This document shows, one piece after another, positions 1 to 8,763 of a stretch of 45,380 nt of DNA. Position 1 is the stretch's first letter. The number at the start of each line of letters is the position of its first letter. This stretch comes from a virus (lineage: Duplodnaviria; Caudoviricetes), in the IMG/VR virus record IMGVR_UViG_3300037834_000026, positions 1 through 45,380 of that record. One strand, 5' to 3'. The notes under the pieces were generated by a model. It was not told the DNA's origin. It was given only the letters and a program-made list of their open reading frames with translations, and did not search any database. A program made the position numbers and the translations under genes.

Positions 1-1167
1 ATGGCGAAGAAACCATCGGTACGGTACTGGGACAGCCGCGAAGCCTACGGCTGCTGGATCGACGGCACACAGCATATTCTAGCCAAAGGCCCGAACGACG
101 GCCCGAAGGGTCCGACGTACAAGGCGGCCGTGGCCCGCTTCCAAAAGCTGATCGCCATGGAGGCCGACAAGGGCACCGACGAATATCTGGTGTCGTCGCT
201 CCTGAACCAGTACCGCGTGCACCTGCACGCCACCCGCAAGAGCGGCGTGCCCGGCGTGTTCGACATCATGGCCCGCGACTTCGGCAAGAAGTTCGGATCG
301 AAGAAGGTCCGCGAGCTGAAGCCCCACGACTTCGACGGGTGGCTCGCCTCCCAGACGCAGTGGAACCCCACCAGCCAGGCCCACGCCGCCACGCTCATTC
401 TCGGAGCGCTGGGCTGGGCGAAGCGCAAGGGCTTCATCCAGAACGACCCGCTCACCGGCCGCATCGAGCGGCCGCAGCCGATCCTGCGGGGCCGCGACGC
501 GCGCATGAGCGAAGAACTCATGGACCTGCTCATCGGCGAGTGCTTCGCCAAGGCCACGTACCACCGCAAGAAGAGGACGAACACGCCGGCCGTTCACCAC
601 CGCAAGACCGGGTTCTCGGAGAAGTTCGGCAAGTTCCTGTGGCTCCTGCGGCTGACCGGCGCGCGGCCCATCGAAATCCGCATGGCCGAGGCGCACAACT
701 ACCAGAACGGCCGGATCGTCTACCGCTGGAACGCGACGCGTGGCTACGTCCACAAGACGGCGAAGAAGACGCAGCGGGACCGCGTTCTGTTCCTGACGCC
801 CGAGGCCCAGGCGTACGCCGAGGAGTGCATCAAGAAGTACCCGGAGGGGCCGATCTTCCGCACCTCGCGCGGCGACCCGTGGGGGCTGACCAACTGCACG
901 CAAAAGTGGCGGCAATGGCTGCTCAAGCGGCCCAAGGTCGTCGCGTACCTGAAAGAACACGACATCGACCCACGGCAAATCCGCATTTACAACTTCCGCC
1001 ATTCGTGGGCCTGTAACTACCTGGACCGGACGGGCGACGTGTTCGGCGCCGCCATGATGCTCGGCACGTCGGTGAAGATGTTGCAGACGCGGTACTTTCA
1101 CATGGACGAGGAGAAGCTGCACGCCCGGTATCTTGAGTTCATGGCGGGGCGGCAGAAGACGGAGTGA
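1..1167 (+). CDS. int: Tyrosine recombinase/integrase
   Basis: LTGARPIEI (catalytic R), YNFRHSW (HxxR box variant), LGTS..MLQTRY (catalytic Y). Confidence 0.93.
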   Translation: MAKKPSVRYWDSREAYGCWIDGTQHILAKGPNDGPKGPTYKAAVARFQKLIAMEADKGTDEYLVSSLLNQYRVHLHATRKSGVPGVFDIMARDFGKKFGSKKVRELKPHDFDGWLASQTQWNPTSQAHAATLILGALGWAKRKGFIQNDPLTGRIERPQPILRGRDARMSEELMDLLIGECFAKATYHRKKRTNTPAVHHRKTGFSEKFGKFLWLLRLTGARPIEIRMAEAHNYQNGRIVYRWNATRGYVHKTAKKTQRDRVLFLTPEAQAYAEECIKKYPEGPIFRTSRGDPWGLTNCTQKWRQWLLKRPKVVAYLKEHDIDPRQIRIYNFRHSWACNYLDRTGDVFGAAMMLGTSVKMLQTRYFHMDEEKLHARYLEFMAGRQKTE

Positions 1168-1428
1168 CTACCAGAGATCAATTCCCGGCCCGTTCCGCTT
1201 CGGCGCCGGGACCGTCTCCGGCTCGGACGGTTCCACCAGCGCTTCGGCGTCCTCGTTGTCCACGCGGCACGTGCGGAGAAAGGCGGCCAGGTCTTCCGGG
1301 GCGATGGAGATTTTCCCCCTTCGGCCACGGCCGCCAAGCCGAAGATGTGGCAGTCGGCGTTCGGCGCACCACTGATAGACCATCGCAGGCGACACGCCGG
1401 CCTGCTTCGCGGCTTCCTTAACGTTCAT
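1168..1428 (-). CDS. Excisionase-like HTH protein
   Basis: MNVKEAAKQAGVSPAMVYQWCAERRLPHLRLG; convergent with and abutting the integrase. Confidence 0.85.
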   Translation of the reverse strand: MNVKEAAKQAGVSPAMVYQWCAERRLPHLRLGGRGRRGKISIAPEDLAAFLRTCRVDNEDAEALVEPSEPETVPAPKRNGPGIDLW

Positions 1429-1621
1429 GACTCAACTCGTCCAGCACTCCGCAAAAGCGCATCAAGCACTGCCAGCAGAGCGTTTGCCTCGGCCTCTCGT
1501 GGCCTGGGAAGAACACCTCCGCGCCGCCGGTCACGCACCGGCAGCTCTGGCACTCCTTGCGCAGCCGCAGGATGACGGCGATGGGTTTCAGTTCATCTCG
1601 AACGTTCGCGGGTTCTGGCAC
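1418..1621 (-). CDS. Small Cys-rich (CxxC...CxxC) protein
   Basis: GTG at 1621 preceded by AAGGAGG; CQSC and CWQC. Confidence 0.55.
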   Translation of the reverse strand: MPEPANVRDELKPIAVILRLRKECQSCRCVTGGAEVFFPGHERPRQTLCWQCLMRFCGVLDELSHER

Positions 1622-1782
1622 GCTTCGATCCTCCTTCTCCGCTCCTCCCGCACCGCCTGGCCCCAGACGCGCAGGCAGAAGTACACGAAGCCTTCCACCA
1701 GTTCGTCGTCGGCCAGGAGGCACGGATAGTTGTTGTGCATCCACTCGATCACGTGATCGCGCAGTTCGTACTTGTCCATCAC
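1588..1782 (-). CDS. Hypothetical protein
   Basis: 64-aa ORF, start overlaps stop of upstream gene. Confidence 0.6.
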   Translation of the reverse strand: MMDKYELRDHVIEWMHNNYPCLLADDELVEGFVYFCLRVWGQAVREERRRRIEACQNPRTFEMN

Positions 1783-2027
1783 GACGGCTCGCCGCTGCGG
1801 GTGAACCGAACCTGGCAGGCGATCTGCGGGTCCGTCGGTTTGGGCATCAGGTCCGGGGACTGACTCCGAATGAGGCCGAACATCGCCGCCTTGCGGTACG
1901 CGGCGAACAGCGCGGGATTCTTCTTCTCCAGCTCCTTGAGCATCTGGCGAAGAGTCCGGCCCTTGCGGCGCCGACGCTCGCGGACGTTGCGCTTCACGAT
2001 CTGACAGACGGGCATTTGCTTCGGCAT
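1779..2027 (-). CDS. Hypothetical basic protein
   Basis: AAGGAG SD before ATG. Confidence 0.6.
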   Translation of the reverse strand: MPKQMPVCQIVKRNVRERRRRKGRTLRQMLKELEKKNPALFAAYRKAAMFGLIRSQSPDLMPKPTDPQIACQVRFTRSGEPS

Positions 2028-2101
2028 GGGTTGGCTCCTTGCGTTAACGTCGCTGACACATGCCAGCGACGTGGTAGTTTCGGGTGGCTCTGGTTAACAC
2101 A

Positions 2102-2320
2102 TCACTTCGCGGGCACGGCGTTGGCGGACACGGGCACCGCGGCGGGCGCTGCCTTCTTCGCCTGGCCGACCTTCATGGCGACGAGCTGTTGCAGCGCCTT
2201 CCAGGTGAGGAACGCGTTGTTCGCCGTCCCGTCCTCGAACGTGACGGTGATGCCCGGCCCCTCCTTGCCAGAGAGCGAGCAGGTGCCAGTGCCGGTGCTG
2301 TGGATGGTGAGCTTCAACAT
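2102..2320 (-). CDS. Hypothetical protein
   Basis: AAGGAG SD; 72 aa. Confidence 0.7.
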   Translation of the reverse strand: MLKLTIHSTGTGTCSLSGKEGPGITVTFEDGTANNAFLTWKALQQLVAMKVGQAKKAAPAAVPVSANAVPAK

Positions 2321-2511
2321 GACGGACTCCTTGGGATGGAAACGAAAGCCGGAGTTGGTGACGGTTCACCGTCGAAAGCCAACTACCGACCTTGAATCGG
2401 GTTGACGTTTTGGATCCAATTGTTGTGTGGTGAGCCCTCGTCAGCGCAACCGCCGCACGCAAAGCGGCCGGCCAGGGGGCTGCTTGCGGCTTCGCCGTGG
2501 GACTCGGCGAC

Positions 2512-3285
2512 TCACCGCTTTCCGAAATGCCGGTTGATCGCGTACACGATCTCCCCTTCCGACCAGGGCGGAACCGCGCACTGCGCGTTCCAGACATCCC
2601 GCAGGAACGCCAGCGTTTGCTCCGGCGTGCGCCCGGCGTCGCGCATGACGCACACCACGCGGACCAGTCCTTTGCTCCCGTTCTGGCCCTGAACGGAGGG
2701 GATTTTGAGGCAGTACGCTTCCGGGTTGGCGATCCGGCTCAAGCTGTCGCGGACCTCGCCGACAGCGCTTCCGGCAGGGCTCAAGATGATCCGCGCCGCC
2801 TTCTTGGTCCGCTCGCGCGTCCAGGCCACTTTGCACTTCGGCAGCTCGTCCAGGGCGGGGAGCCCTGGCCCGAGCCACTCGTAGCCCGGCGTCGGCGGGA
2901 TGATCGACAGGCCGATGCCGGTCAGCAGGTCCGCGTCTTCGCCCTTCACCTTGATGGTGCGCGAGCGTTCGACGCCCTTCCGCAGCAGGCCGTGGGCGTG
3001 CAGCCCGCCCGACGGCGTGCGGCAAATCGGCGCGTCTTTGAGTCCGCAGCGTTCCAGGATGTCGGCGGCGATGGCGCCGTCGTCCACGTCGATCACCACC
3101 AGCGGCTCGCGGGTGATGACGGCGATGCCGAAGGTCTCGCGCCACCCGCGCTGGATGTCCTCCACGGTGCGCGGCGCGGCGTACAGGTGACGCCACTTCT
3201 CGGCCGGCACCTTGCCTTCCAGCATGCTGACCGGCTCGTAGTCCAGTTGTTTCAGTTCCATTGCGATCTCCTTCATGGTCTTCAT
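2512..3285 (-). CDS. Bifunctional DNA primase/polymerase (Prim-Pol) with C-terminal PriCT-like helical domain
   Basis: LVVIDVDD (DxD), RTPSGGLH, IIPPT..GYEW; C-terminal WNAQCAVPPWSEGEI. Confidence 0.85.
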   Translation of the reverse strand: MKTMKEIAMELKQLDYEPVSMLEGKVPAEKWRHLYAAPRTVEDIQRGWRETFGIAVITREPLVVIDVDDGAIAADILERCGLKDAPICRTPSGGLHAHGLLRKGVERSRTIKVKGEDADLLTGIGLSIIPPTPGYEWLGPGLPALDELPKCKVAWTRERTKKAARIILSPAGSAVGEVRDSLSRIANPEAYCLKIPSVQGQNGSKGLVRVVCVMRDAGRTPEQTLAFLRDVWNAQCAVPPWSEGEIVYAINRHFGKR

Positions 3286-3293
3286 GGCGCGGA

Positions 3294-3446
3294 TTATCTC
3301 ACGGTCATCGCCATGATGACCGCGACGGCGACCGTCGCCGCCAGCGAGATCACCGCCAGCACGGCGTTCGTGTAGTCCTTCGGCGGCTCCGGCTGGGCCT
3401 GGTCTTCGACGTACTCGCGGCTAATTCTGACGTTCATCTTGGCCAT
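3294..3446 (-). CDS. 50-aa single-TM protein (not in ORF track)
   Basis: GGAG SD; MAKMNVRISREYVEDQAQPEPPKDYTNAVLAVISLAATVAVAVIMAMTVR. Confidence 0.65.
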   Translation of the reverse strand: MAKMNVRISREYVEDQAQPEPPKDYTNAVLAVISLAATVAVAVIMAMTVR

Positions 3447-3678
3447 TGCGGTTCTCCAGCATGGGGACGCTCTGGACGGTGGCGCCCTGGGTTTGGAAAG
3501 CGATCTGCATGCGGTTGGGCATGTTGTCGTTGAAAATCTGGCGGGCGATCAGCGGCGCGACCGCGTGCCCGATGGCCGTCGCGGACAGCGCCCCGGCGAT
3601 GGCCCCGGCCGACTTGGAAAGCTCGTCGCCGGTGGCCTCGATCTCGACAATGATTTCTTCTCGGTAGACTCGTGACAT
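3421..3678 (-). CDS. Hypothetical protein
   Basis: GGAG SD before ATG at 3678 (MSRVYREE...). Confidence 0.65.
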   Translation of the reverse strand: MSRVYREEIIVEIEATGDELSKSAGAIAGALSATAIGHAVAPLIARQIFNDNMPNRMQIAFQTQGATVQSVPMLENRNGQDERQN

Positions 3679-3724
3679 CGGTGTTCTCCAAAAGAAAGGC
3701 CTTCCGTGGCCCACGCGCGATCCG

Positions 3725-4099
3725 TCAGTTACCGCGCTCGTACACCGCGATGGCGCGGTCCAGGCGGTCCAGGACCTGTTGCGTCGCCGCGTCGTACTGC
3801 CGCTGCTCCCGGCGGAACTCCTCCACGTAATCGCCGCCGTATCCCGCGCCGTACGTTCCCGCCGGTCGGTAAGCCGGCTGGCGGGTGTACGAAGGCGTGT
3901 ACGCCGGCGTGCTGTACCGGCTCTCCAGCGCCGACAGCTTGCCCTCCACGTTGGCCAGGCGGTCCTCGATGCGGTTCATGCGCTGGTCCATCTTGTCCAG
4001 CACGTCGATGATGCGCGGCACGCGGGGGTCCGGTTGCTGCGCGAACGACGGGGCCGCCAGCAGGAGCGCGGCGGCGGAAGCGATCAGGTAACGAGACAT
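3725..4099 (-). CDS. Secreted coiled-coil protein
   Basis: GAGGTG SD; signal peptide MSRYLIASAAALLLAAPSFA; heptad-rich segments. Confidence 0.75.
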   Translation of the reverse strand: MSRYLIASAAALLLAAPSFAQQPDPRVPRIIDVLDKMDQRMNRIEDRLANVEGKLSALESRYSTPAYTPSYTRQPAYRPAGTYGAGYGGDYVEEFRREQRQYDAATQQVLDRLDRAIAVYERGN

Positions 4100-4102
4100 G
4101 AA

Positions 4103-4354
4103 TCACCTCGACTGGTTGGCCTCGATGCGCCCCAGCCGCTCCATGTCGCGCTGGATATCCGCGCGGTTCACGGCCGGCTGCGACGCAGCGGGGACGGGGG
4201 AGGAATCGGGCGGCATGACGACGATCTGGCCCGGCTTGGCGATGATGGGCGCCGGCTGGGACTCCTTGTTGCACCCGAAGATGGCGCAGACAGCCACGCC
4301 GATCACCAGGAGCAGGCCGCCGAAGATGGCGACCTTTTTCCAATCCACGGACAC
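4103..4354 (-). CDS. Membrane-anchored protein, possible lipoprotein
   Basis: AAGGAGG SD; N-terminal hydrophobic helix ending IFGC; Pro-rich linker. Confidence 0.7.
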   Translation of the reverse strand: MSVDWKKVAIFGGLLLVIGVAVCAIFGCNKESQPAPIIAKPGQIVVMPPDSSPVPAASQPAVNRADIQRDMERLGRIEANQSR

Positions 4355-4448
4355 GAGACACCTCCTTCAGAGCGCGCACCGCGTACGCAGCGCGCAACGT
4401 GCGAGCGTCGGGAACGCAGTGCATGGGAACGGGCGGGGCAGAGACGGG

Positions 4449-4733
4449 CTACTTGCCCGTCAGGATTCGCAGCCACAGCGGCCGCGTGTTCACGAACGGC
4501 TCGGCGGTCACGAGCGCGTCCACGTTCTTCTTGATCAGCTCGCGTGCCTTCTTCTGGGCCTCGTCAAGCGTGGCAGCTTCGATCTGCCAAATGGCGCAGC
4601 GGACACGGTACTTCATGGCTCGGCGGGGGAGGGAGTAATGCCCTCCCATCGCCCGGCGCAGGCCGTAGGGCAATGTGGAGACTTCGCAAAGTACTACATT
4701 GCCCGAAGGCCGAGCCGTGGCACACTTGGGCAT
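4449..4733 (-). CDS. Hypothetical protein (alternative start 4616)
   Basis: GGAGG SD before ATG 4733; the C-terminal 55 aa look most protein-like. Confidence 0.5.
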   Translation of the reverse strand: MPKCATARPSGNVVLCEVSTLPYGLRRAMGGHYSLPRRAMKYRVRCAIWQIEAATLDEAQKKARELIKKNVDALVTAEPFVNTRPLWLRILTGK

Positions 4734-4803
4734 TGCATCCTCCAGGCGGGCCTGGGCGGGTGGGTGGGAAAGTGCGTAAGTACTTAACCATCCCACTGGG
4801 TAT

Positions 4804-5604
4804 TCACGCATGCGCGGCAACCATGCCACCTTCGTGTCGCCCTTCGTTGCCCCCTTCGTGAATGGCGTATTTGCCACCGTCCAGGCCCGTCCAAATCCGC
4901 CCGTACGGGCTGGCGACCACGTGTTCGATGATGGCGAAGTAGGCATGCTCGCCCAGCGCCTTCGACCACCGCATCGCCCTCTCGATGCGCGAATCGTCCG
5001 GGCACACGATCAGCTTGTCGTCCTTGTTGCCCTCGTATTTTTTCCACCGGGCCTGCACCTGTTCGCGGCTCATGGTGCCGGTGTCGATCTCGACGTGGCA
5101 CGCCTTGCCGTCGATCACGAGGGTGGCGTCGGGCTGCAAAGCGGGGTCCACTTCGGCGCCCGTGAGGAACTTGTGCGGCCAGTACGCCAGGCAAACCTCC
5201 ATGACGTACGCCTCGTGTTCACGATTGCCGAGCTTGATGGAGCGGCTGCACCAGTGGTCTTCCGGGTGCGTGCGCAGCGCTTTCAGGTGCAGCTTTCCGA
5301 GCGGGTAGAGCTGCCGGTCGTCGTACAAGGCGCTCATGCGCCGGGACGCGCGCGTCTTCGTGCGGAACAGGCCGATGGCGATCAGGTGACGGAGCGTGAT
5401 CGGCCCCTTGCGTGCGAGCGCTACGATCGCCGCATCACGCTGCCTGCCTTTGGCGTTGCTGGAGATGATGGCGGTGGGGGTGGAACAGGCGGCAATTGTA
5501 CCACCGGCACCCTGTACTCCGGCCGCCGCTTGATCGCGTCCAGCAGGTCCAGGAACTTCTTTTCCGCCAGTGTCATCCCGTTTCGCAAAGAAAGACCAGA
5601 CCAT
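4804..5604 (-). CDS. Replication-relaxation (Replic_Relax-like) protein, putative relaxase
   Basis: N-terminal wHTH-like part, then HE..V..V, LQPDATL, HVEIDTGTMS, RWKKY (PD-(D/E)xK-type pattern); GGAGAGG SD; overlaps the 3' end of the ATPase gene. Confidence 0.75.
   Translation of the reverse strand: MVWSFFAKRDDTGGKEVPGPAGRDQAAAGVQGAGGTIAACSTPTAIISSNAKGRQRDAAIVALARKGPITLRHLIAIGLFRTKTRASRRMSALYDDRQLYPLGKLHLKALRTHPEDHWCSRSIKLGNREHEAYVMEVCLAYWPHKFLTGAEVDPALQPDATLVIDGKACHVEIDTGTMSREQVQARWKKYEGNKDDKLIVCPDDSRIERAMRWSKALGEHAYFAIIEHVVASPYGRIWTGLDGGKYAIHEGGNEGRHEGGMVAAHA
4829..4859. repeat. 3 x CCTTCGT at 12-bp spacing
   Basis: Copies at 4829, 4841, 4853, within the relaxase 3' end. Confidence 0.7.
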
Positions 5605-6926
5605 AATTCCCTCTCCATCGGCATGTACTCGGGTTCTTCGGTGGCGCTCACGCCGGCGATGAAGCAGTATCCGGGGCCGAGCGTGGTGATCTTCTGCGCG
5701 ACCTTCGCCGTCCACTCCTGGGGCGTGAAGTGCCGTGGCCGCTCCTCCACTTCCTCGCGGTACTTCGCCCGCGCCACGACGTTCGTGTTGCTGCTCTTGC
5801 CCTTCGTCTTCCCCTTGCCGTCCAGCTGCACGCCGCTGCTCGTCACCTCCTCGTACTCGTAGCCGTCGTGCACCTGGCGCTTGTGGAACTCCACGAACTT
5901 GACGCGCAGCGGGTCGTACAGTCTGCTCGCAACGTCCTCGGCGGCGAACTGCGCGGCCTTCGGCGATCCCTGCCGGAACCAGTAGTGCATCATGTTCTGC
6001 ATGACGTTCTCTTCGATTTCCTCGGTGGGAAACACCGCTTGCTGCACGATGATGTCGCACCACCAGTCCCACTTCCCGCCTTCTGCCAGCCCGCGCGAGA
6101 GCTGCGGCGTGACGAGCGCGGAGTTCACCGCCTCGTCGTAGACGTTCAGCACGGGCACCCGGAGCTTGCCGGAGCGCGCCAGCATGAGGACGGAGTGCGA
6201 CAGCGCCCGCATCATGGTCCCGCCGGCGTAGCGCGACAGGTTGCCGCGCGAACTGCCGTCCAGGATCAGCACCCCGTAGTTGTTCAGGAACTCCGCCAGG
6301 TCGAAGCTCGCGCCGTCGCGGACGTACACGCTCGGGCATTCGCAGAAGTTCTTGAGGATGCGCGTGGCCGGGCCGCACTTGTACTCCCACTGCGACGGCG
6401 ACAGCGTGTTGTAGTACTCGAACCGCGCCAGCACGCCGGGGTCCGTGCAGTGCCGCAGGAAGTCGCTCTGCTCCGGCCCTTCGCGGAAGACGCGGGCCAG
6501 CCAGCGGATCGGTGCGCGGCGGTCCTGGGCGAAGTACAGGTCCAGCGCGGCGTCCAGGCCTTCGCGGATGATCGGCGACGCGGAGTCGTCCATCATGCCG
6601 CGCTCGGAGAGCAGGGTTTCCTTGAACGACTGCTTGCGTTCGTCGTTCTCCTGCGCCCGTTGCAGCTCGTCCGGGTTGTTGCTTACCGCCAGGAATTCGT
6701 AGCCCAGCGTCCGGTCGGTGTCGGAGAGCCGGTCGTACAGCACCCGGCTCCGGGCGCCCTCCGCCGCCAGGCGCATCGCCAGCTTCATGGTGAACGTGCC
6801 GTGCGCGTCGTAGGCGACCACCGCGCACTCCCGGCGCTTCACCCGCCGGACGACGTAGCCGAGTTCGTGTTCGCTCTTGCCCGAGCGGGTGGCGCCGCAG
6901 ACAAGGCGGTGATAAAACTTGCTCAT
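5421..6926 (-). CDS. VirD4/TraD-like coupling ATPase (FtsK-HerA superfamily)
   Basis: Walker A GATRSGKS, Walker B LNVYDEA, LAEGGK...IIVQQ; adjacent to relaxase-like gene. Confidence 0.8.
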   Translation of the reverse strand: MSKFYHRLVCGATRSGKSEHELGYVVRRVKRRECAVVAYDAHGTFTMKLAMRLAAEGARSRVLYDRLSDTDRTLGYEFLAVSNNPDELQRAQENDERKQSFKETLLSERGMMDDSASPIIREGLDAALDLYFAQDRRAPIRWLARVFREGPEQSDFLRHCTDPGVLARFEYYNTLSPSQWEYKCGPATRILKNFCECPSVYVRDGASFDLAEFLNNYGVLILDGSSRGNLSRYAGGTMMRALSHSVLMLARSGKLRVPVLNVYDEAVNSALVTPQLSRGLAEGGKWDWWCDIIVQQAVFPTEEIEENVMQNMMHYWFRQGSPKAAQFAAEDVASRLYDPLRVKFVEFHKRQVHDGYEYEEVTSSGVQLDGKGKTKGKSSNTNVVARAKYREEVEERPRHFTPQEWTAKVAQKITTLGPGYCFIAGVSATEEPEYMPMERELWSGLSLRNGMTLAEKKFLDLLDAIKRRPEYRVPVVQLPPVPPPPPSSPATPKAGSVMRRS

Positions 6927-7189
6927 GGCTTGCTCTGTGGTCCCGTATCCTCTTGGTCCAGGTGTTCGTAATCCTCGGTGTAGGCGCGCACCTTCTCCGC
7001 CATCCGGTTGTAGGAGCCGACCGTCCACGCTTCGAGCATGTCGTCGGGCAGCACCCCGGCGTATCCGTTAATGAACTTCTGCCGTCGCAAATACCCGCCG
7101 ATGACTTGCTTTGCCTGGTCCTCGGTCAGACTCTCCCTCGGCGGCGGGAGGGTCAGTTTCGGCCAGCGCTTGAACAGCCAGGAGAGCAC
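6923..7189 (-). CDS. Hypothetical protein
   Basis: 88 aa; stop overlaps ATPase start (ATGA). Confidence 0.65.
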   Translation of the reverse strand: MLSWLFKRWPKLTLPPPRESLTEDQAKQVIGGYLRRQKFINGYAGVLPDDMLEAWTVGSYNRMAEKVRAYTEDYEHLDQEDTGPQSKP

Positions 7190-7198
7190 GGAACAAGT

Positions 7199-7507
7199 TT
7201 ACCAGCCCAGCTCGTCCCGCATGCGGCTCACCATCCGCTCCCGCGCCTGCTCCTTCAACGCTTCCTTCTCGTCGGTTTCCAGCGGCAGGCCGTCGATGGC
7301 CTGGACCGCCTTGGCGTACTCTTCCTTGGGCGACGGCGGCGGCTTGGGCGGCGGCGACGGGTAGCGGTCCACGTACACGACTCGCGGCGGCTTGTACGCC
7401 GGTTCCGCACGCGTGAACCAGCCCGACTTCCACAGCCTGCGCGCCCAGTAGATCAGCAGGCCCAGCACCACGAAGGTGACGATCTCGGCGCCTTCCGCTT
7501 CGTCCAT
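7199..7507 (-). CDS. Single-TM protein with Pro-rich linker
   Basis: IVTFVVLGLLIYW; PSPPPKPPPSP. Confidence 0.7.
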   Translation of the reverse strand: MDEAEGAEIVTFVVLGLLIYWARRLWKSGWFTRAEPAYKPPRVVYVDRYPSPPPKPPPSPKEEYAKAVQAIDGLPLETDEKEALKEQARERMVSRMRDELGW

Positions 7508-7510
7508 GGC

Positions 7511-8158
7511 TCACGGTGTCCTGTTACTCATGCCGCCATCGAAATCGAATCCGAGCGGAGCCTTGTCGAGTTGCGGCGCGCCGAAGTGCGCCACCTTCGT
7601 CAGCAGGTCGAACAGCAGTAGCCCGTAGCACCACCCGGTGCACACCGGCACCACCGTCCTGCCCGGCTCCACGCCTTTCAGGGCGTTGCCCTTCAGCCGC
7701 GACAACTCTGTGGCCAGAGCCCCGTCGCTCACACCCGCGCACCTTGCGATGCGCTTCCGTCCGTCGGTGCCCTTCACGTCGAATCCGTACAAGACATGCA
7801 GGACGATGCCGCGCTGGACGCCGTTGCTGGCGAACTCGCCGAGCTGGATGATTCGCTCGGTGACGATCTCCCCGTCTTCCCATGTCTGCTCCAGCGCCAC
7901 GTCGCCGGTGATGTCCTCCATCTCGCGCCGCTTCTCACGCCGCAGCGCGGCCGTGAAGCACTGAAACGCCAGCTCGTGAAGGAACGCCTTTGGATGCTCG
8001 ATAACCTTCTTCTGCTTGGCCAGAAAGAACTTCACCATCATTTCCTGGGCGATGTCATCCACGTCGTAGATGCCGACGCGCTGCCCGCCCATCGCCTTGC
8101 GGGCCTCGGCCTTGGCAACGCCAAGCAGCTCCTCGTATTCTCTCGTCAGGTCGCTCAT
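7511..8158 (-). CDS. ECF-type sigma-70 factor
   Basis: Region 2 DVDDIAQEMMVKF...PKAFLHELA...LRREKRR; region 4 IARCAGVSDGALATELSRLK; AGGAGG SD. Confidence 0.75.
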   Translation of the reverse strand: MSDLTREYEELLGVAKAEARKAMGGQRVGIYDVDDIAQEMMVKFFLAKQKKVIEHPKAFLHELAFQCFTAALRREKRREMEDITGDVALEQTWEDGEIVTERIIQLGEFASNGVQRGIVLHVLYGFDVKGTDGRKRIARCAGVSDGALATELSRLKGNALKGVEPGRTVVPVCTGWCYGLLLFDLLTKVAHFGAPQLDKAPLGFDFDGGMSNRTP

Positions 8159-8228
8159 GTCTTTCCCTCCTGCTTAAGTAGCAGCGCGAGATTTCCACAG
8201 ATTACACGGGTGAAGAAAAATTCTCGCA

Positions 8229-8260
8229 GAAAAGCCCCGGTATACCGTCGTACACCGGGG
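8229..8260 (-). terminator. Possible intrinsic terminator
   Basis: CCCCGGT/ACCGGGG stem (8235-8260) followed by CTTTTC on the minus strand. Confidence 0.4.
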
Positions 8261-8298
8261 GTCCGTCAGCCTCGCGGCTGGCGGCGGGGTCCGTCCCC

Positions 8299-8718
8299 TT
8301 AGAAGGGCGTTTCGGGCGTCACGGTCGTGCGGTTGTCCAGCGCGTAGCTGTGCGCCTTGGACAGCAGGAACATGAGGACCGGGATGTCGTGGGCACGCCA
8401 CGACGGCTTCTCCTGGCGCTGCCAGCCCTCGTCGGTTTTGTACGAGCGGTTGACGGTGAACGTCAGCTGTTCGTACTCCTCGCCGGACTGCGCGCGGTAC
8501 GTGTTCGACCAGCACGCCAGCTCGATGGACGTGGTTCGGTCACTCATCACCCGCCACGAGATCACCGGCCTGCGGCCGCCGTTGCCGTTGGAGGCGTGGG
8601 CGGGCTGGTCGGTGGCCTGGTCGGGCGGGTTCGTCGTCACGGTGTCGCCGTTCTGCTCGACGGGCAGGGCGACGGGGACTTCTTCACTCACGGCAGTCTC
8701 CTTCTTCTTGCGTGGCAT
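8299..8718 (-). CDS. Hypothetical protein, possible ssDNA-binding (PC4/SpoVG-like)
   Basis: IELACWSN...TFTVNRSYK..EGW..SWRAHDIP; family assignment from memory. Confidence 0.55.
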   Translation of the reverse strand: MPRKKKETAVSEEVPVALPVEQNGDTVTTNPPDQATDQPAHASNGNGGRRPVISWRVMSDRTTSIELACWSNTYRAQSGEEYEQLTFTVNRSYKTDEGWQRQEKPSWRAHDIPVLMFLLSKAHSYALDNRTTVTPETPF

Positions 8719-8763
8719 GGGATCACCTTCGCTTTCTTCCAGCGCGGACGCCGGAACTTGGGT

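Noticed and set aside
2400-2460. Hammerhead ribozyme (CTGACGAG on minus strand)
   Set aside because: No properly placed GAAA or stem II
5605-6828. 674-aa version of the relaxase ORF
   Set aside because: Upstream part is a low-complexity shadow over the ATPase gene; SD-linked ATG at 5604 preferred
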